From NCBI GenBank assembly GCA_013203625.1, contig JABMPX010000002.1, positions 1-41,038 on the forward strand: a stretch of 41,038 nucleotides of DNA, given 5' to 3'. A program made the translations under genes and the position numbers. The notes under the pieces are model-generated. The model did not search any database, was not told the origin of the DNA, and saw only the letters and a list, made by a program, of their open reading frames with translations. Shown piece after piece: positions 38,390 to 41,038 of the stretch. Source of the DNA: Parcubacteria group bacterium. GTDB taxonomy: Bacteria; Patescibacteriota; Minisyncoccia; Portnoybacterales; UBA2143. Numbering within the stretch: the stretch's first letter is position 1; each line of letters begins with the position of its first letter.

Positions 38390-38562
38390 ACTAATTACCT
38401 CCTCTCAAAAAACTATTAAAATATTTAATTGTTAAGCTAACCTCCTTTTTACTTACATCTTACTAACATATCTAAAAAAGTCAACCAAAAAAACAACCTA
38501 TTAAAAAAGCCATGCTTCTAAGAAATCCAAAAAGATGGACAGGCAGATAAACAAACTAAAAC

Positions 38563-38588
38563 AAAAAAACCGCCAGTATGGCGGTTTT
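38563..38588 (-). terminator. Intrinsic terminator
   Basis: AAAACCGCCA-GTA-TGGCGGTTTT with an A-tract on the left (U-tract on the minus strand). Confidence 0.75.
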
Positions 38589-38614
38589 CATAAAAATACT
38601 CAATAAATATTATG

Positions 38615-39112
38615 TTATGGATCAATAATTTTATGATTGCATTTACGATTTTTTTGATTCTGTTGTGAATTTGAGATAATCTCAACATAAAGACCTTTTT
38701 TCCAAAGAATATCTCTAACATAACAAGATATCGTAGAATAATCTGATGCTGCTATATTCAATGGTAAATTTAAAAAATATATATTATCAGAAGAAGTTTC
38801 TGATGTTATCCCTGTACTTAAAATTTCTTTTTTTATCTCAGATTCAGAATATATTAAATTTTCCTGTTCATCAGGGACAACCCAATCTTTTACTTTCAAA
38901 GCAGTAAAGCGAACTGATTCAATATCGTTTTGTCCATTAGTAGTAATACTTTCAATTACTGACTTACTAGATGATTCAAAAGAAGAACCATCATAAGAAC
39001 ATGTATCTAATTCAAGAATTACACCAATTGTATCGTCTTCTTGATGTAATGATCCCATGTCAGAATTATCTATAAATGTTTTTGAATTTTTTAAATAATA
39101 AATTTTTTCCAT
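38615..39112 (-). CDS. Hypothetical acidic protein, 165 aa
   Basis: ORF with its own promoter (TTGACC-17-TATTAT, 6 nt before the ATG) and a downstream terminator. Confidence 0.7.
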   Translation of the reverse strand: MEKIYYLKNSKTFIDNSDMGSLHQEDDTIGVILELDTCSYDGSSFESSSKSVIESITTNGQNDIESVRFTALKVKDWVVPDEQENLIYSESEIKKEILSTGITSETSSDNIYFLNLPLNIAASDYSTISCYVRDILWKKGLYVEIISNSQQNQKNRKCNHKIIDP

Positions 39113-39178
39113 ATTGAAATAATATCAGATTATAATTCTTGGGTCAAGTAAAGCAAGCAACTTAATTTAATTATAAGT

Positions 39179-39844
39179 TTAATTTATTTTAGCTATTTTT
39201 TTAAATTTATTACCAACCATTGAAACCGTTATTTTAGAAATATCCAAAACTGGCGCTAAATCCTTAAAATATTGATTCGGCTTAGAAACATGACCTTCTC
39301 CCTGAAATCTTTTAAGAAACGCATCTCTTTTAACTTCATAATCAGCATCACTTATTGCCTCTTTTGCAATTTGACCAAGAAAATATTGAGTAGATTCTAA
39401 CTTTTTTCTTATTTGGCTACACAATGCTTCTTTAATTTCATTCACTGCTTGTTCTGCTAATGTGCATTTAGAATAAAAATCATTAATTAAATCCAATTCA
39501 TCTCTATCAAAATCTCTTACAAAAAGATGATTATATTTTATCCAACTATTTACGGGCAAAATAAATATCTTTCTTATTTCATCTGTTGGTCCCATTCCTC
39601 TAATTTGTTCTAATCCTTTTTCTGCATTTCTCATTTCAGTAAGGATAATATTTGCCGCCTCTCTTTTATGGTCTTCTTGCTTCTTAAGATATAAATAAAT
39701 AGCAAAACTACCTACAAGTAATGTTATTAAAGGAACAAACCAACCCGAATTTATTAAGCCAGGATAAAAAGATTCCAGAATAAGAGAAATTCCAATAATA
39801 ATTGCGTTAAAGATAAAAACTTGAATTATTGGGGTTAATTTCAT
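39179..39844 (-). CDS. Hypothetical protein with two N-terminal TM helices and a helical soluble domain
   Basis: Two hydrophobic stretches; start reassigned to ATG 39844, with SD GGAGGT overlapping the upstream stop. Confidence 0.75.
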   Translation of the reverse strand: MKLTPIIQVFIFNAIIIGISLILESFYPGLINSGWFVPLITLLVGSFAIYLYLKKQEDHKREAANIILTEMRNAEKGLEQIRGMGPTDEIRKIFILPVNSWIKYNHLFVRDFDRDELDLINDFYSKCTLAEQAVNEIKEALCSQIRKKLESTQYFLGQIAKEAISDADYEVKRDAFLKRFQGEGHVSKPNQYFKDLAPVLDISKITVSMVGNKFKKIAKIN

Positions 39845-39849
39845 AATCC

Positions 39850-40875
39850 CTACCTCCACCCTTGGCTGATTGCTTTCCAAATCACACGTTCTTGCGGAAT
39901 TTGGATTGGGCCTTGGGGAGTTTGTTGGGTTGTTTGAACTTGACCTTTTTTGTATTCTAAAACTAATTCAAAATAATTACTTAAAGAATCACTCTCCACA
40001 AAAGCAATCTTATAATCCTTCTTATTAACTGCTTGATTATCTCCTATCTCAATCTCCGGATTCCATGTTTTATCAAGTTCCATTTCTTTCTTATATTCCT
40101 CATACAATTCAGTCATTAAATCAGCCAAATCAGAATCAGCTGAATTAACAGTTGTTAATCCTAAATCTTCTTTAGCTTCTTTTCTGCCGATAAAATACTG
40201 ATGAGAGTAAAGTTTTTCAGTAAAATAATCAACAATTTTATCTATTTCTACTTCATTAATCGGCTCTTGATGGCTTTTTAAAAGACGCTTAGCCAAAATA
40301 CGAATTAAATTATGAGTCCGGTTAATATTGCCTAATGCCAAAGGATGAATTTGTGGATTTGCTTCAACAAATTTATTAAAGATTTTAGTTAAATCTTCGT
40401 CATTCTTAATGCCGAATTTATTCTTTGCCAAATCAAAATAAGCCATAACATCTTCAACAGAAATTGGAATCTTGTTTTGAGGATTATTTGGGTCTTGAGG
40501 ATTAAAAATATTAGCTGCTGATGGGTCAATTGGAGAAAGTTCTGAAAGATCGCTCATTATAATTTCATCAGCGCCTAAAGAAATCATTGTTGCGGCGCTA
40601 TGCGCTTTATAAGAAATTAAGACAGAAAATTCCTTGCAATATTCGCGAGCCATAGAAACCAAGCGCCAAGGTACCATCGTATCGCCGCCAGTGCTGTATA
40701 AAAATAAATCAATTTTTTCTGTTTTGCCTATTTTTCTTAAATGACCACTAATTACTGGAACAACATCCATAGCAATTCTCGCATTGACTGGACCTTTTCT
40801 ATCGCTAGTTACATAAGTAATAACTTTTGAATCTCTTCTTTCTTCAATTTTTTTGATTAAATTTTGTGTATTCAT
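39850..40875 (-). CDS. SDH-family (ClpP/crotonase-fold) serine protease
   Basis: IDLFLYSTGGD, AHSAATMISLGAD, SELSPIDP, LYSHQY (Ser-Asp-His arrangement). Confidence 0.85.
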   Translation of the reverse strand: MNTQNLIKKIEERRDSKVITYVTSDRKGPVNARIAMDVVPVISGHLRKIGKTEKIDLFLYSTGGDTMVPWRLVSMAREYCKEFSVLISYKAHSAATMISLGADEIIMSDLSELSPIDPSAANIFNPQDPNNPQNKIPISVEDVMAYFDLAKNKFGIKNDEDLTKIFNKFVEANPQIHPLALGNINRTHNLIRILAKRLLKSHQEPINEVEIDKIVDYFTEKLYSHQYFIGRKEAKEDLGLTTVNSADSDLADLMTELYEEYKKEMELDKTWNPEIEIGDNQAVNKKDYKIAFVESDSLSNYFELVLEYKKGQVQTTQQTPQGPIQIPQERVIWKAISQGWR

Positions 40876-40972
40876 ATGTTCTTATAATAACACTTTTTTT
40901 ATTATATTCAAGGTTTATTGGTAATGTGTACACACATATTGCACTTTTAAATAAATGGTATCATTAGGGCAT

Positions 40973-41038
40973 ATGAGTAAAATTATGCCCAACAATGAAA
41001 TAGAAGAACGCTATCGCTGGATAGGACCAATAGTTGAT
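40973..41038 (+). CDS. 5' fragment of an ORF, possibly an IS481/integrase-core transposase
   Basis: MSKIMPNNEIEERYRWIGPIVD resembles N-termini I recall from CPR IS481-like proteins; palindromic TGTGTACACA upstream; only 22 codons visible. Confidence 0.35.
   Translation, partial: MSKIMPNNEIEERYRWIGPIVD

Noticed and set aside
591-38721. Numerous short antisense or overlapping ORFs in the track (e.g. 591-809, 24766-25281, 29858-30319, 32877-33176, 38518-38721)
   Set aside because: They shadow well-supported genes on the opposite strand or frame and have no motifs or start signals.
1-41038. Alternative genetic code 25 (Gracilibacteria/SR1)
   Set aside because: Long genes are intact under code 11, and TGA terminates rpsJ, the Cys-rich gene and the 380-aa ORF.

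Overview
AT-rich bacterial chromosomal segment in standard genetic code 11 (TGA is used as a stop). Gene content points to Patescibacteria/CPR, probably Parcubacteria: rpmD is absent between rpsE and rplO, GlyRS is the alpha2 type, uL22/uL23 are extended, and most genes lack Shine-Dalgarno sites. It carries the str-S10-spc ribosomal cluster (rpsL to map), leuS (partial), tatD, metG, rsmI, an AI-2E transporter, an M16 peptidase, glyS, recO, dnaE, thrS, mscS, an orphan GMP-synthase ATPPase subunit, and an accessory right end (SDH/Clp-fold protease, membrane protein, probable IS start). The most striking unannotated signal is a 62-bp nested-palindrome element. Two copies are exact inverted repeats bracketing a Cys-rich gene. 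A third copy with compensatory base changes lies in rpsL-rpsG, and a half copy lies at the end of rplC. The element supplies an identical KDSP-stop C-terminus to both uS12 and uL3. Two other palindromic-repeat-like inserts sit in frame in rplW and metG. Other notable items are a small fusA-tuf protein with an SSB-like EDLPF tail, an unannotated 37-aa basic CxxC ORF, and many apparently leaderless promoters. Family assignments come from motif recognition only; no searches were run.
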